Below, in pieces: positions 12,516-25,046 of a stretch of 64,000 nucleotides of DNA. The position numbers and the translations under genes are program-made. The first letter of the stretch is position 1, and each line of letters opens with the position of its first letter. Under the pieces are notes generated by a model. It worked only from the letters and a program-made list of their open reading frames with translations, was not told the DNA's origin and made no database searches. The stretch is from Octopus sinensis (Eukaryota), in NCBI RefSeq assembly GCF_006345805.1, contig NC_043005.1:18724001-18788000 (forward strand), written 5' to 3'.

Positions 12516-12546
<31 letters not shown>

Positions 12547-12547
<1 letters not shown>

Positions 12548-12665
12548 CAAAATGGGAAAAGAACGCAAAACATTCAAATAGACGATACAAAAAAAACGGA
12601 CGGGTCATTCGAAGCCTCTAATCTCCAGTCAAGAACCGAATTATCCTCGCAATTTCGGCTGATAT
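12547..12665 (-). mobile_element. Fragment of the element at 23585-24495
   Basis: Reverse complement atcagccgaaattgcgaggataattcggttcttgactggagattagaggcttcgaatg matches 24370-24470. Confidence 0.75.
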
Positions 12666-13017
12666 ATATATATATAATTGTGACGATGCTCCTTCTCGCT
12701 CAGGTTGTCATCAACGGGTCAGCAAAGATGAGAATATATGTTGTGTTGTTACGAACAAGTGTTACTGTCACAATACAGTTGTTACATTGAATTATAATAC
12801 ATAGAATTAATCCTGTGTAGTTTTCTGTCAACCCAGTTTCGCTCACAAGTTATTGGCTCACGCCATTCTATAGAAAATGATAGAATCTGAAACTTGGCTG
12901 CAAACGTTTCAATCATTCGGTTCTACTACCTCTACACACACATACGCACACGCACACACACATATACACAAACACACTCACACACACTCACATATGCTCA
13001 TAGAAATATAAATGTAA

Positions 13018-13065
<48 letters not shown>

Positions 13066-13094
13066 ATATTATATATATATATACATATATATAT

Positions 13095-13148
<54 letters not shown>

Positions 13149-13158
13149 CACATATATA

Positions 13159-13198
<40 letters not shown>

Positions 13199-13879
13199 TG
13201 CTTGCATGTGGCTGTTCGTGTCTTCTGTGCTGCAGCTGTCACCTATATTTGATTCCTATATTCTTTGATAGATCCTCACTGCTACCACCAACACCATCAC
13301 CACCTGACTACTTACATCTCACATTTGTCTTCATCTTTAACTTCTTCTGAACATCGTTTTTACACATGCAGCTATTCTCTTGTGACTGCGAAATGTATTG
13401 CTTTCGAATATGTTTTACTTCCTAAAATATACCGAATAGACGCAACCACCATTGCCACTACAATCAACTACACCGACAAACCCTACAACGACGTTAGTGA
13501 AATCAACAAGAACAATAATTATAATCACTACTACTGCTACTGCCACCGCTACTGCTACTACTACTGCTAGTATCACTACTACTACCATTACTACTACTAT
13601 TATACAGTAACTATATCACTCTTCTGAGCCTATTCAGAAACGGCCACCTTCACCACCAACTCTTACGCCAGTATGTCACACAATGAGGGAGCCTTTACAG
13701 GGCCGTTGGATATGCTAGAAATAGCAACTTTATAAGAATATACTTATTTAAATATATTTTATAATCCTGCCATACTTATCAAAGCAGTTTTGTCATATCA
13801 GGAAAATCTTGAATCTTAGATCTGCCGGATGAAGCCCCACTTATGAATAATTGAAGAACAATGAAGATGATATCCTTTT

Positions 13880-14272
13880 CTACTCTACGCAGAAGGCCCG
13901 ACATTTTGGGGGAAGGCACCAGTCGATTAGATCGACTTCAGTACGCAACTGGTACTAAATTTATCGACCCCCGAAAGGATGAAAGGCAAAGTCGACCTCG
14001 GCGGAATTTGAACTTAGAAGTAGAGACAGACGAAATACCTATTTCTTTACTACCATCAAGGGGCTAAACACAGAGAGGGCAAACAAGGACAGACAAACAG
14101 ATTAAGTCGATTACATCGACCTCAGTGCGTAACTGGTACTTATTTAATCGACCCCGAAAGGATGAAAGGCAAAGTCGTCCTCGGCGGAATTTGAACTCAG
14201 AACGTAACGGCAGACGAAATACGGCTACGCATTTCGCGCGGCGAGCAAAGGTCTCTGCCAGCTCGCCGCCTT
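13880..14272 (-). mobile_element. Tandem pair of SINE family C
   Basis: Full copy at about 14035-14272 joined through gaaatacctatttctttactac to a second partial copy. Confidence 0.9.
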
Positions 14273-15699
14273 ACAAGGAAGCTAATATCGACTAGCAAAA
14301 GTTAATAACAATTAATGCAACCACCAATACGGAGGAAATAATACAACATAGTTTATCCCTATTGGGTTGACAGGAGTGCATCACATACTTGGACCACGAT
14401 ACACCAAGTACACAAAATTAAGATGCTTTAAAATATAGAAACCATACAGACGATCCAAAAAGTATGTCGGATGTCTTTGTATGTTTGGGAATACCATGCT
14501 GCAGGAAGCTTCTTTGTACATTTTACTTCGGTATATGAATTGCTAATCGCTCACCTGACAAAAATTCTTTATGTTATGCCCTACCTTTGATTTTCAATCA
14601 TAGCTTATCCTCGTGATTGCTTTGAAGAGTCTGATAAAGAGAGCAAAAGGTATTCAGAGAAGCTGATAATGGAAACTTATGTTTCTGGTAAAGAATAAAA
14701 TGAACTGCAAAGAACATTAAATCTGTTAGCTCACTCCCAATCAGAATGAACGTATCGATGACAACTTCGAATCCAGTTCATTTATCAAGCAATGATGTAA
14801 TCCATAGAGAAGTCTAATATGTTACATTTTGTCTTCCTTTTTCTTCCCCAGGACAATAAAATGCTTGAGCTATCGATGTATAACACGGAATAAATCACAA
14901 ACTCCACAAATTTCCAAACCCTTGAACGCTGAATGGAACTGAATTGAGGTTCATTAGTGAATAGATTTCGGACAATTCGACCTGGGAAACAGAACTTAAT
15001 TTCTGTACAAAGAAAAACTAAAAACTATATTATCACATTCACATCTCAATTATCGAAATACAATAATGAAATATATTGATACAAGAGCATCTCAAATCCC
15101 CATGGTATAAAAATATAATAAAAACCTCAATAATCCTATTTTTTCAAAGACAAAGCTGGAAAAAATGTTAAAATATAAATCATTGAAACTGTACTGGAGA
15201 ACTTCTATGAAAAGATCAAGCGAAACCTCATGGTGGTAATCGAATAAAATCATATCCAAAGGCTTTATTCTCTATGCATATAAATCTCAACTCTTCAAAT
15301 CAAATTCAGTGCGCGCCAATGTCAGGATGGTTGCACATAGACGATCGTTTGTGGATTTAATATCTGCTCAAACAGCAATACAAATATATCGATTCTGATC
15401 CGATGAAAGAGCAACATGTATATTTACCAGGCAAAAACTTCTCACAACAGTGTAACCCATAATGTATTTACAAAACAAGACATAACTAAATCACAAAGAT
15501 ATTTTCATGTAAACTTGACTGACTCCACTATGGTTCTAAATATGACCAATTCCGTTTTGTTAGTCCTTAAAATACCATACGAGTCCTATTTAGATGCTAC
15601 ATCTGTACAATTGGGCCACATGGAATAGTACTGATTCATTGGGAAGAAGTGTAATTTCTCTACTCAGTATTTCAAATAATGATCTAGCTTCGGGTGTCA

Positions 15700-16250
15700 A
15701 TGGTGAAAATTAAAAAATTGACGGATCTGTGTCACGTTTCAAAAGTCTTGGAGAAGATTTCAACAGGCGATTTCATTTAACAAAAGGATTTTAAGAACAC
15801 CATACATTATGTTTGTAAGAAGCAGATATAACTTGTACAACAATACTAAGAAATTCTGATGCATTTGTTATACGGAGCATTGTGAATATGGATTTCGCCA
15901 ACACTTTTCACAAATCGACCATGAAATTTATGCATATGGCACTCAGCTTTCAAGAATGACCAAAGTCAAATGCTCGCGGCCAACGAAGACTTATCAGAAA
16001 ATTCTGGGATAATAATTGGATTACCAAATTACCGCAATTCAATATGTTAAACCTCACGTTGTTCTTCATAATACTTTCAGACATATAGATAAAGACATAC
16101 ATTTGACCTCACTCGGCAACTATGCAGAAAAAAATCAATGTGAAGCAGACAGCAATACCTATGCACTCCAAGAATATTTCGCCTTACCTCAAACTGGGAA
16201 ATAATTTAAAACTCTGAAAACGAATGTGAGTTCAGTTGAGTCACATCTGC
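15700..16250 (+). pseudogene. Highly decayed non-LTR retrotransposon RT (CR1/Jockey-like)
   Basis: Frameshifted pieces HVSKVLEKI (15733) and MDFANTF..K-IDHEIL (15888) resemble the RT motifs K.LE.I and DF.KAFD.V.H..L. Confidence 0.45.
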
Positions 16251-16755
16251 AGAAGCATGCTTCTAAAATGATATTCACAGGTTGATAACTTCTCGTAGAA
16301 AGCTTAATTGCAACTTTCTATTTACTATTAAGAAATGCGTCAATATTTCGATACTGAGAATTAATTGTTACTTGCGATTTGGACGATTGCTTTCGTAATT
16401 GAAGAGACTAAAGTCGCTTAAATTACGAACTCTTTCAACAAAAACGTAACTGAAGGCAGACATCAATTTTCGGGAACATTTCTTTGCCTTTTACCACAAC
16501 ACTTTAGTATGGTAAAGAGAACGATATGCTATCATCTATATGTTAAATATTCCCTACAATCCTGTTCCAGAATTTTAAATATCATGTAACTGGTACTATC
16601 ATGTCGCAAAATCCCCTTCTTTTACAAACTCTCGTAAAGAAAATCTTTACTTCAACAGTTTGATGTTTAAAGGCTCGGCTTTATACTGCTGATTCCCAAA
16701 AAATTTACAATGTTTGTCCCAGTTCCTGGGTCTTTTAAAAATTATCTAGCTATCA

Positions 16756-16917
16756 GTGGTAAGTAGCTTGCTTACAAACCACATGGCTCCGGGCTCAGTC
16801 CCACAGCGTGGCATCTTGAACAAGTGTCTTCTACTATAACTTCGGGTCGACCAAAGCCTTGTGAATGGATTTGGTAGGATTTGGTAGGATTTGGTAGGAT
16901 TTGGTAGACGCCCGTCG

Positions 16918-16948
<31 letters not shown>

Positions 16949-17157
16949 ATATAAGTTTATGTGTCTGTGTTTGTCCCCCCAACATCGTTTGACAACCAAT
17001 GCTGGTGTGTTTACGTCCCCGTTACTTAGCAGGTTCGGCAAAAGAGACCGAGAAAATAAGTACTAGGCTTAGAAGGAATAAGCCCTGGGGTCGATTTGCT
17101 CGACTAAAGGCGGTGCTCCAGCATGGCCACAGTCAAATGACTGAATCAAGTAAAGAG
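16756..17157 (+). mobile_element. SINE family B, 5'-truncated, with internal (GGATTTGGTA)x4 slippage
   Basis: Match to the B consensus. Confidence 0.9.
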
Positions 17158-17584
17158 AATCTTTCTTTCAAACGTTCCAGGTCGGCCGTCTACAGAATGT
17201 TAAAACAAAAGTAGAGAAGTCTCCGACAACCCATTGATCAACCAACTAGAAATGACACATGCACAGAAATAGAATAACGACATTTTTAAGCCCAAGGTTA
17301 TATGTAGACACGACATTAAGACGGAAAACATTCAGCGCTAAATCTTGATCCTAGCCTGGATAGCTAAAGCAGAATTATCACCACAACCACCACCACCAGC
17401 AACATCAAAAACAACAAATAAACAGCTACCAAAAGCGACCAAAACATAAATTATAACAACCCTTGTAACTACTACGGAAACATCAATGCTATAAGTATTT
17501 CGCATTTTCCATCTTTGTTAAAATCATGTCTTTACTGACAACCCAAAAAGTATTAGTAAATGCACTAAGTACCAGATAAACTAA

Positions 17585-17590
17585 GTAGTT

Positions 17591-17621
<31 letters not shown>

Positions 17622-17760
17622 CAGTAGTAGTAGCAGTAGTAGTAGCAGTAGTAGTATAGTAGTAGTAGTAGTAGTAGTAGTAGTAACAGCAGTAGTAGCA
17701 GCAGCAACAGCAGCAGTAGCAGCAGCAACAGCAGTAGTAGTAGTAGTAGTAGTAGTAGTG
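17585..17760. repeat. (TAG)n/(CAG)n trinucleotide tract followed by a purine-rich (GGA/GAA) tract
   Basis: Directly visible. Confidence 0.9.
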
Positions 17761-18704
17761 ATTTTTGTTGTAGAGGGGGAGGAGGAGAAAGAGGGGGAAG
17801 AAGGAGGAAGAGGAGGAAGAAGGAAGAAGGGTGGAAGAGGAGGAGGGGAAGAGGAGCAAGAGGAGGAAGGTGAGGAGAAAGAGTATAATGTTGCTCTAAT
17901 AATGCCGCAATGAATAATAGGCCATTATATCCGTCCGTGCCATTCCCCAGACAGTCACCATCCTCATCCTCATCCTCATCATCATCATCATCATCACCAC
18001 CACCACCAATACTACCATATATTGACTGCCCTCAGCAGGTTATACACCATGGATTTTGATTTCCATCTGTGTCTTTCTAATACTGTCGTTATAATATTTT
18101 TCTATTTAAGTCTTTTTATCTTTTCCATCCACGTATTCCTGTTTATATATTATATATATATATATATTATATATATATATATATATTTATTTATTTATTA
18201 TTTATTTATTATTTATTTATTTATTTATTTCATCTTCTCTTCCCAATCATTTTAACTTCTATTAGTAGTCTCTGTAATCCATTATTGCTAATTGAAGGTC
18301 CAATATATTTTAGTTTTTACTTTTTGATGTCACCTAATAAAATTCCTTTAGGTTTTACCATTTTTCAGCATTTCATTATTGGTTTAATGTTCTGTCATGC
18401 TATTCTCAAAAGTCTCCCATATGCCCAAACCAATGGCCTAGATACTGGCTTGATAATGCCCATATTTCAATTCCACGTGGTACAGCGGATCATACGCAAC
18501 ATTTTAATGCTTTTTTTTTTTTACAAAATTAAAGTTATTTCAAAAACTGCACAAAATAAAGTCTTTAAATTCTTGGGGGTCAGGGAGAGTGAAAGATGTC
18601 AAAATGGAAGTCTGTTAATGACCCTTGCATGCCAACACGATGCCATTACATAAGTATGCGTCAATATAGGGGAGGGCATATGTGATTGTGTAAGTATACG
18701 CTAA

Positions 18705-18895
18705 TACTCTTTTACTTGTGTCAGTCATTTGACTGCGGCCATGCTGGTGCACCGCGTTTAGTCGAGCAAATCGCCCCCAGGACTTATTCTATCGATCGCT
18801 TTTGCAGAACCGCTAAGTTACGGGGACGTAAACACACCAGCATCGCTTGTCAAGCGATGTGGGGGGGACAAACACAGACACACAAACATATACAC

Positions 18896-18989
<94 letters not shown>

Positions 18990-19001
18990 ATATTATATAT
19001 A

Positions 19002-19032
<31 letters not shown>

Positions 19033-19330
19033 GTTAATCCAAACATGAAAGCACATACGGAAAAAGGGAAGACAGGAAAAAATCGTCAACGGTACACATG
19101 CGGTCACATTTTGAAAGTGACCGCATGTGACATATATATATATATATTATATATATATATATTCCTATATACGACGGGCGTCTTTCACTTTCCGTCTACC
19201 AAATCCACTCACAAGGCTTTGGTCGGCCCGAGCCTATAGTAGAAGACGCTTGCCCAAGGTGCCATACAGTGGGAATGAACCCGGAACCATGTGATAGATA
19301 AGTAACCTACTTACTACAAAGCCACTCCTG
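18705..19330 (-). mobile_element. SINE family B with an expanded internal (TA)n carrying a nested insertion
   Basis: B tail at 18705-18900 and B head at 19160-19330; foreign sequence at about 19032-19130. Confidence 0.9.
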
Positions 19331-19426
19331 TATATCAACAAAAGGAGAAGTATTGTATTAGCATTAATCATCAATATCGTACTCGGAGAATTGTCTTTTT
19401 TTCCCCCCGTTTTGCTTTCATTTCAG

Positions 19427-19542
19427 GAAATAATGACCAACCAAAATGTTCTCGCGTCTTCCATGAAAATAAGAAGAACCTCTACAGGGGCATCCAACGT
19501 TTTAGAAATGGGAGTTAATTTTTTTGTTGTTGTCTTACAATG
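19427..19542 (+). CDS. Candidate internal exon, unknown protein
   Basis: ttttgctttcatttcag|G acceptor, TG|gtaatt donor, open frame EIMTNQNVLASSMKIRR...VVVLQ; no recognisable homology. Confidence 0.15.
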
Positions 19543-20039
19543 GTAATTAAAAAGGCTGAGAGTAGGAGTTGGATGTACAAAATTATATTCAGAGAAATAT
19601 TTTCAAACATCAAATGTTCAACAAATTCCAATATTTAATAAATTTCACAGAAGTCGACAATAACAAAAGTTTAAACTTTCGACGAATTTCGATTGGCCGA
19701 TTGAGTAAACATATCAATAACGAACCGAAAATGACTGCTGGAAACAGCAGTTAGTTAACTCTACTAAAATAAGCAAGATTTTGTAATGACCATTATTTAA
19801 GCCTTGATTGTATATCCCTGTCTAAAAGCTAGTATAACTGGAAAACAACCATGGGCTTACGATATAGATCAGCGACGAACTATAACCTCCGAGGCTGCAA
19901 CCACAATATGCGGAGTTCTTTACTAATCTAAACAATATTGTTAGCTGCGTTTACTAACAGAGTGTAGAGAGATAAAGTATTTTCCCGGATTGATAACCCC
20001 TCACTAGTGCTTTTGTATTAGAAATTCTTTTAACTATGA

Positions 20040-20430
20040 GTACCAAATGCAAGTGAATAAATGCCTATGCAAATATGTATGAGCTCTTGAAATCGGTGTT
20101 AAAGAAAAAGTATAATCAAGGCAATAACTGGCGATCGCATTATCACATTAGTACATCTACATTTTGGAGATCTAGATTTCATTATCACTCTCATTCATTC
20201 AAGTATGGAAGAGAAAGTAGTTCTACAAATCTTAATAAATGCATTGGTGATTTAAAAGATAGGAACATTAAGTATGATTTAGAGGGATCCATTATTAGTT
20301 ATGCACTATCATGAAATATGTGAACTTTGCCGAGAAGAAATGTATTATATAACTACTTCTAAATTAATCTTATTGAATTTTAATGGAAACTTTACAATAA
20401 AAACTGCCATAAATTTCGAAATACATTCAA
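20040..20430 (+). pseudogene. Decayed Penelope-like GIY-YIG endonuclease C-terminal region
   Basis: NKCLCKYV ... STSTFWRSRFHYHSHSFKYGRESSSTNLNKCIGDLKDRNIKYDLEGSII ... ICELCREEMYYITTSKLILLN fits the PLE pattern F..R...H..SF...T.LS..IW.LK...C.LC..E..I....LLN. Confidence 0.7.
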
Positions 20431-20578
20431 ATATTGCAATTGTTAATTTTCATATATTATATAATAGGATTAATTTCAAAATGTTTAATGCATTTGATAA
20501 ATACATAACTAATTGTTGTCACGCGAAATCTTTGTTTCAAATTATAACGTAGAATTCTTGTGTTTAATTTTTCTTGAA

Positions 20579-20815
20579 TTATCCACTGATGCCACCAATA
20601 GTTGAATACAAAAATAGCCTTTTTAAGATTATATTTCTCAATTTATAACTGTCATAATATAGAATTTCTACGCGCTCGTTTTTTATTATTATTATTATTT
20701 CGTTATCCACTGATGTCACAGAAAGTTGAATACAAAAATGACGCTTCTTAAATACGTCGTTTATTTTTATAATTTTTTTTATTCACTGAGGTCGCCATTA
20801 GTTGAACACAGCAAT
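20579..20815 (+). repeat. Three dispersed copies of a 37-nt motif
   Basis: TTATCCACTGATG-N9-GTTGAATACAAAAAT at 20579 and 20703; diverged copy at 20779. Confidence 0.8.
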
Positions 20816-21007
20816 ATCTTAAATTCAATTACCGTTAACTCTTCTTTTTCTTCTTGGCGTTTCTGTACTGTATTTCAGATGTTCAATTCGAAATTTACTA
20901 ATTTTGAATCACTTTGATAACGTTGTGCTAACATATATTTTCAGAAATATTTATATTAATTTTAGTGATACTCTTTCTTTTTTCTTTCTCCCTCTCTGTC
21001 TCCCTCT

Positions 21008-21060
<53 letters not shown>

Positions 21061-21061
<1 letters not shown>

Positions 21062-21459
21062 TTTTATATATAAAAGTAAGGTTGTATGTCTGTCTTCTAC
21101 GATTTATATTCCTAACTACTCCCACATTTTGCGGTGCAGTTTAACCAAAACCGGGTATCTTAATGTCGTGATTCATATCGAGCCCTTCTTCGGTATTAGC
21201 GCACGTCTACGATGAGTCTACGATTTAAAAAAAAAATTACCATCATTTTTTTCCATTTTAATGCATTTTTTTCGCTATTAAATAAGAGAAGTAACTCTCT
21301 AAAAATATCTATGATGAGTCAACGATTTAAAAAAAATTTACCATCATTTTTTTTCCATTTTTAATTCATTTTTTTGCTATTTTTTGGCTATAACTCTCTA
21401 AAAATGCTTATATAGTTATTTCCCTTACAAACCCGAGCAGCGCCGGGCGATACTGCTAG
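21061..21459 (+). mobile_element. Non-autonomous Helitron, copy 2
   Basis: Homologous to 11238-11626; ends CCCGAGCAGCGCCGGGCGATACTGCTAG|T. Confidence 0.85.
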
Positions 21460-21496
<37 letters not shown>

Positions 21497-21517
21497 GATT
21501 ATTCCCAATAATACCGA

Positions 21518-21925
21518 AGGTGTAGCGTAGTCACAAGTGTCGTTGTGTAAGACGTAGCTTACTTCCCAACCACGTGGTTCCCGATTCAGTCCCACTGCGT
21601 GACCCCTTGGGCAAGTGTCTTCTACTATAGCCTCCGGTCGACCAAAGCTTTCTGAGAGTGATTTGGTAGACGTAAACTGAAAGAGGCCCGTCGCGTATGT
21701 ATATATGTATGTGTGTGTATAAGTTTGAGTTTCTGTGTTTTTCCCCCAACATCACTTGACAACCGATGCTGGAGTGTTTAGGTCCCCGTTACCTAGTGGT
21801 TCGGCAAAAGAGACCGATAGAATAAGCACTAGGTTAACAAAGAATAAGTCCTGGGGTCGATTTGCTCGATCAGAGGTGGTGCTCCAGCATGGCCACAGTC
21901 AAAATGACAGAAACCAGTAAAATAA
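21518..21925 (+). mobile_element. SINE family B, diverged
   Basis: Match to the B consensus. Confidence 0.85.
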
Positions 21926-21980
21926 TAAAATAATAGCATGCGTAAAACCCATAACGGTAAAATTATCAATTAATACCTAA

Positions 21981-22386
21981 GGGTAATACAAGCAGTACAA
22001 GCATGCTAAAATAGCAGTCAAAATTACTCAAAAGACAAGTTTTCACTTTAACACAAAAGCGAAGGAGAGCAAATGTAGAAAATACTTAAGATCGCATACC
22101 AATAACGAAAATACTCGAAAATTGAAAGAGTCAGACATACCCGTATCACCGTAATTTCGAACTCGGAGAAAATATCTGCATGAACTTCGAGATATTCTTT
22201 CATACTACGAAATTACGGTGATATGGGTATTGCAGACGTTTTCAATATTGGATTATTTTCGTTATTGCTGTAAGCACTTAGAGGCTTTCTTCAATTGTTC
22301 GTCTTCACTTTGGTGCTTAAGTGAAAATCTGCGGTTTAAGTTACTTTGACTGCTATCTTAGTATGCTGGTACTGCCTGTAGTACCA
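21981..22386. mobile_element. Diverged foldback MITE of about 406 bp, possibly Kolobok-type
   Basis: The left half is the imperfect reverse complement of the right half (e.g. catacccgtatcaccgtaatttcg / cgaaattacggtgatatgggtat); flanks are CTAA and TTAA; 5' end is GG. Confidence 0.7.
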
Positions 22387-22430
22387 TTAATTATTAAAAT
22401 ACAAATATATATGTATATATATATATATAT

Positions 22431-22461
<31 letters not shown>

Positions 22462-22543
22462 TGTGTGTGTGTGTGTGGTGTGTGTGTGTGTGTGTGTGTG
22501 CGTGAGTGGGTGTGAGTGTGTGTGTGTGTGTGTGCGTGAGTGG

Positions 22544-22582
<39 letters not shown>

Positions 22583-22979
22583 TGAGTGTGTGTGTGTGTG
22601 TGTATGTGTGTGTGTGTGTGTGCGTATGTGTGTGTTAATGCAATAGAAACAATTTTCTTTATAAGTGTATTTTTGTGGTTAAATATTCGAAATTTCTCGA
22701 AATTCTACTAAAGGTTATTTGGATTTACCTGTCATGCATGATTATTTACCTGTGATCTGTATTATACTTCCATTTACTGTAGAATATAGCTAACTAAGTT
22801 ATTTTAATACTGTGTTTTATTGATAGCTGCCAGGATTTTTAATTCCTTTTTCTTTCTATATATATATAAATTAAATTTAAGGGTAAAATTCTATATAAGA
22901 TTTTGGCAAGTATCCAGCGTGTTAAACCAATTAAGGTAAAAAAAAGTAATACTAAGTACTCTGTTACTCTTTTTTTTTT

Positions 22980-23383
22980 ACTCTTTTTACTTGTTTCAGT
23001 CATTTGACTGCGGCCATGCTGGAGCACCGCCTTTAGTCGAGCAACTCGACCCCGGGACTTATTCTTTGTAAGCCCAGTACTTATTCTATCGGTCTCTTTT
23101 GCCGAACCGCTAAGTGACGGGGACGTAAACACACCAGCATCAGTTGTCAAGCAATGCTAGGGGAACAAACACAGACACACAAACATATTCACACACACTT
23201 ATATATATATACATATATACGACAGGCTTCTTTCAGTTTCCGTCTACCAAATCCACTCACAAGGCATTGGTCGGCCCGGGGCTATAGCAGAAGACACTTG
23301 CCCAAGATGCCACGCAGTGGGACTGAACCCGGAACCATGTGGTTGGTTAGCAAGCTACTTACCAAACAGCCACTCCTGCGCCT
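22980..23383 (-). mobile_element. SINE family B
   Basis: Full match. Confidence 0.9.
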
Positions 23384-23409
23384 ATATATATACTTTTAAA
23401 ATATATTAC

Positions 23410-23575
23410 TACATTAAGGTCCGTTCCTATAAGTAAAGCCGCACGCTGGGAAGGGACGCTAAAGTCAAACTACTTTATCAAAATATACACACGCGCTGAA
23501 GTCAAAGACAAGTAATCTGACTTTAGCGTCCCTTTCCAGCGTGTGGCGTTACTTATAGTAACAGCACTTAATGTA
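23410..23575. mobile_element. Small MITE with about 58-bp imperfect TIRs, TTAA at both ends
   Basis: gcacgctgggaagggacgctaaagtca / tgactttagcgtccctttccagcgtgt; TTAA at 23414-23417 and 23568-23571. Confidence 0.75.
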
Positions 23576-23584
23576 ATTACATAT

Positions 23585-24485
23585 ATTGAAGGCTTCGAAT
23601 GTCCTGTCCGTGTTCTTGTATCGTCTTCTAAATGTTTTACGTTCTTGTCCCAGTTTGTATTTTTCTACATATTTATATATAGCGGCATCTGTACCCTCGT
23701 TGGCCTTATGTAAGTACATATTCCTGTAATTTGGTACGACTCTACACACTGTCTGTCTCTCCTACATTTCTCTGCCTTTCACACTTTGCATTCTACTTTG
23801 ATCTGTCCCCTTCTCTCTCCCTCTCTCTCTACTTCTCCTCCTTTTCTCTTTTCTTGCCTCTGATTCTTTGGTCTACTCTCCCTCCCACACTCTCATATTC
23901 TCTGTCTTTCTCACTTTGCACTCACTAGCCAATCCTTGGCACGCTACTCTTTCTTCTCCCCTCTTTAATTCCTTCCTTCTCTCCCCCCTTTGTTGCCTTC
24001 GTCCCTCTTTCTCTCTCTCTTTGTTTCCTTTGCCCCCTTTCTTTTCTCTCTCTTCATCACGTGACTGCTGGTCAAAATCAGCCTTTTGGCCTCCGACCAC
24101 TGCCGTGAGAACATCTGTTGTCTTCGTCTGCCGATAAAGGCATTATTTCCAAATACGACAGCTAAACTTGTTGTACCGTTTATTAGTCGTAAGACACCCG
24201 CTGTTTTTGTCCTGTTTTTACCATTATTGTTTTTTGTATTTTATATTCGTGTGGTATCGTCCGTTTTTCTGTCCCTGTTTCGTATACATTCGATCCTTCT
24301 TCCAAGAAATCTAATGCTCGTAGCTTAGTTTTTCCTTGGGGCTGGCCGGATCGGAGCGATCCTAAGATTAATCAGCCGAAATTGCTAGGATGATCCGGTT
24401 CTTGACTGAAGATTGAAGGCTTCCGTGTTTTTTGTATCGTCTTCTAAATGTTTTACGTTCTTGTCCCAGTTTGTATTTTTCTACA

Positions 24486-24495
<10 letters not shown>
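23585..24495 (+). mobile_element. Non-coding element bounded by about 90-bp direct repeats (pLTR-like), probably PLE-related
   Basis: ttgaaggcttc...tgtatcgtcttctaaatgttttacgttcttgtcccagtttgtatttttctacatattt at 23585 and 24413; ends in (TA)n. Confidence 0.6.
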
Positions 24496-24572
<77 letters not shown>

Positions 24573-24666
24573 TAATAATAATAATAATAATAATAATATG
24601 AGGGAATATTATTCCAAACTTACACGGAAAAATTCAACTTAGAAATACTAAATCAAATTTCACAAA

Positions 24667-24707
<41 letters not shown>

Positions 24708-25046
24708 TAGAAAAAAAACACCTTTTATCAATTCAATAATGAAAAATTGAATTATACCATTTAGAAAAATTACATCTTATAAGATAAAACATATAACAAT
24801 GATTAAGAAATTTGCAAATTAATAAAAAAAAAACGTATATATGTACAAGCTTATTTAAATACGTGTCTGTATGTACTACGTATATGTGTGTGTTTGTGCA
24901 CAGACGTTTTATTTTGTCTTTAGAATCTCGAGTGTGTATCGTATTATAACAGACAAGAAATTAATATTTCTAACGCAGTATAGACGTGAAAACAGAAGAA
25001 ATATTGCGTATTAATACCCTTAAAAGACGGAGCAAAGTTGTTAACA

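Larger units (their letters stand above)
11833..12520 (-). mobile_element. Penelope-like pLTR-type non-coding fragment between (TA)n tracts
   Basis: Flanked by (TA)n; contains two HHR-like motifs; the left part is related to 55693-55830. Confidence 0.6.

Noticed and set aside
14852-14945. Exon after a strong acceptor at 14851
   Set aside because: No good donor before stops in any frame.
20579-20815. CRISPR-like array or CTCF sites
   Set aside because: Only three degenerate copies with irregular spacing in a eukaryotic context; CCACTGATG lacks one base of the CTCF core spacing.
24335-24425. Hammerhead in the 23585-24495 element (GGCTG/CAGCC-GAAA ... CTGAAGA)
   Set aside because: No CUGANGA precedes the stem, and the type II arrangement gives no valid stems I and II.
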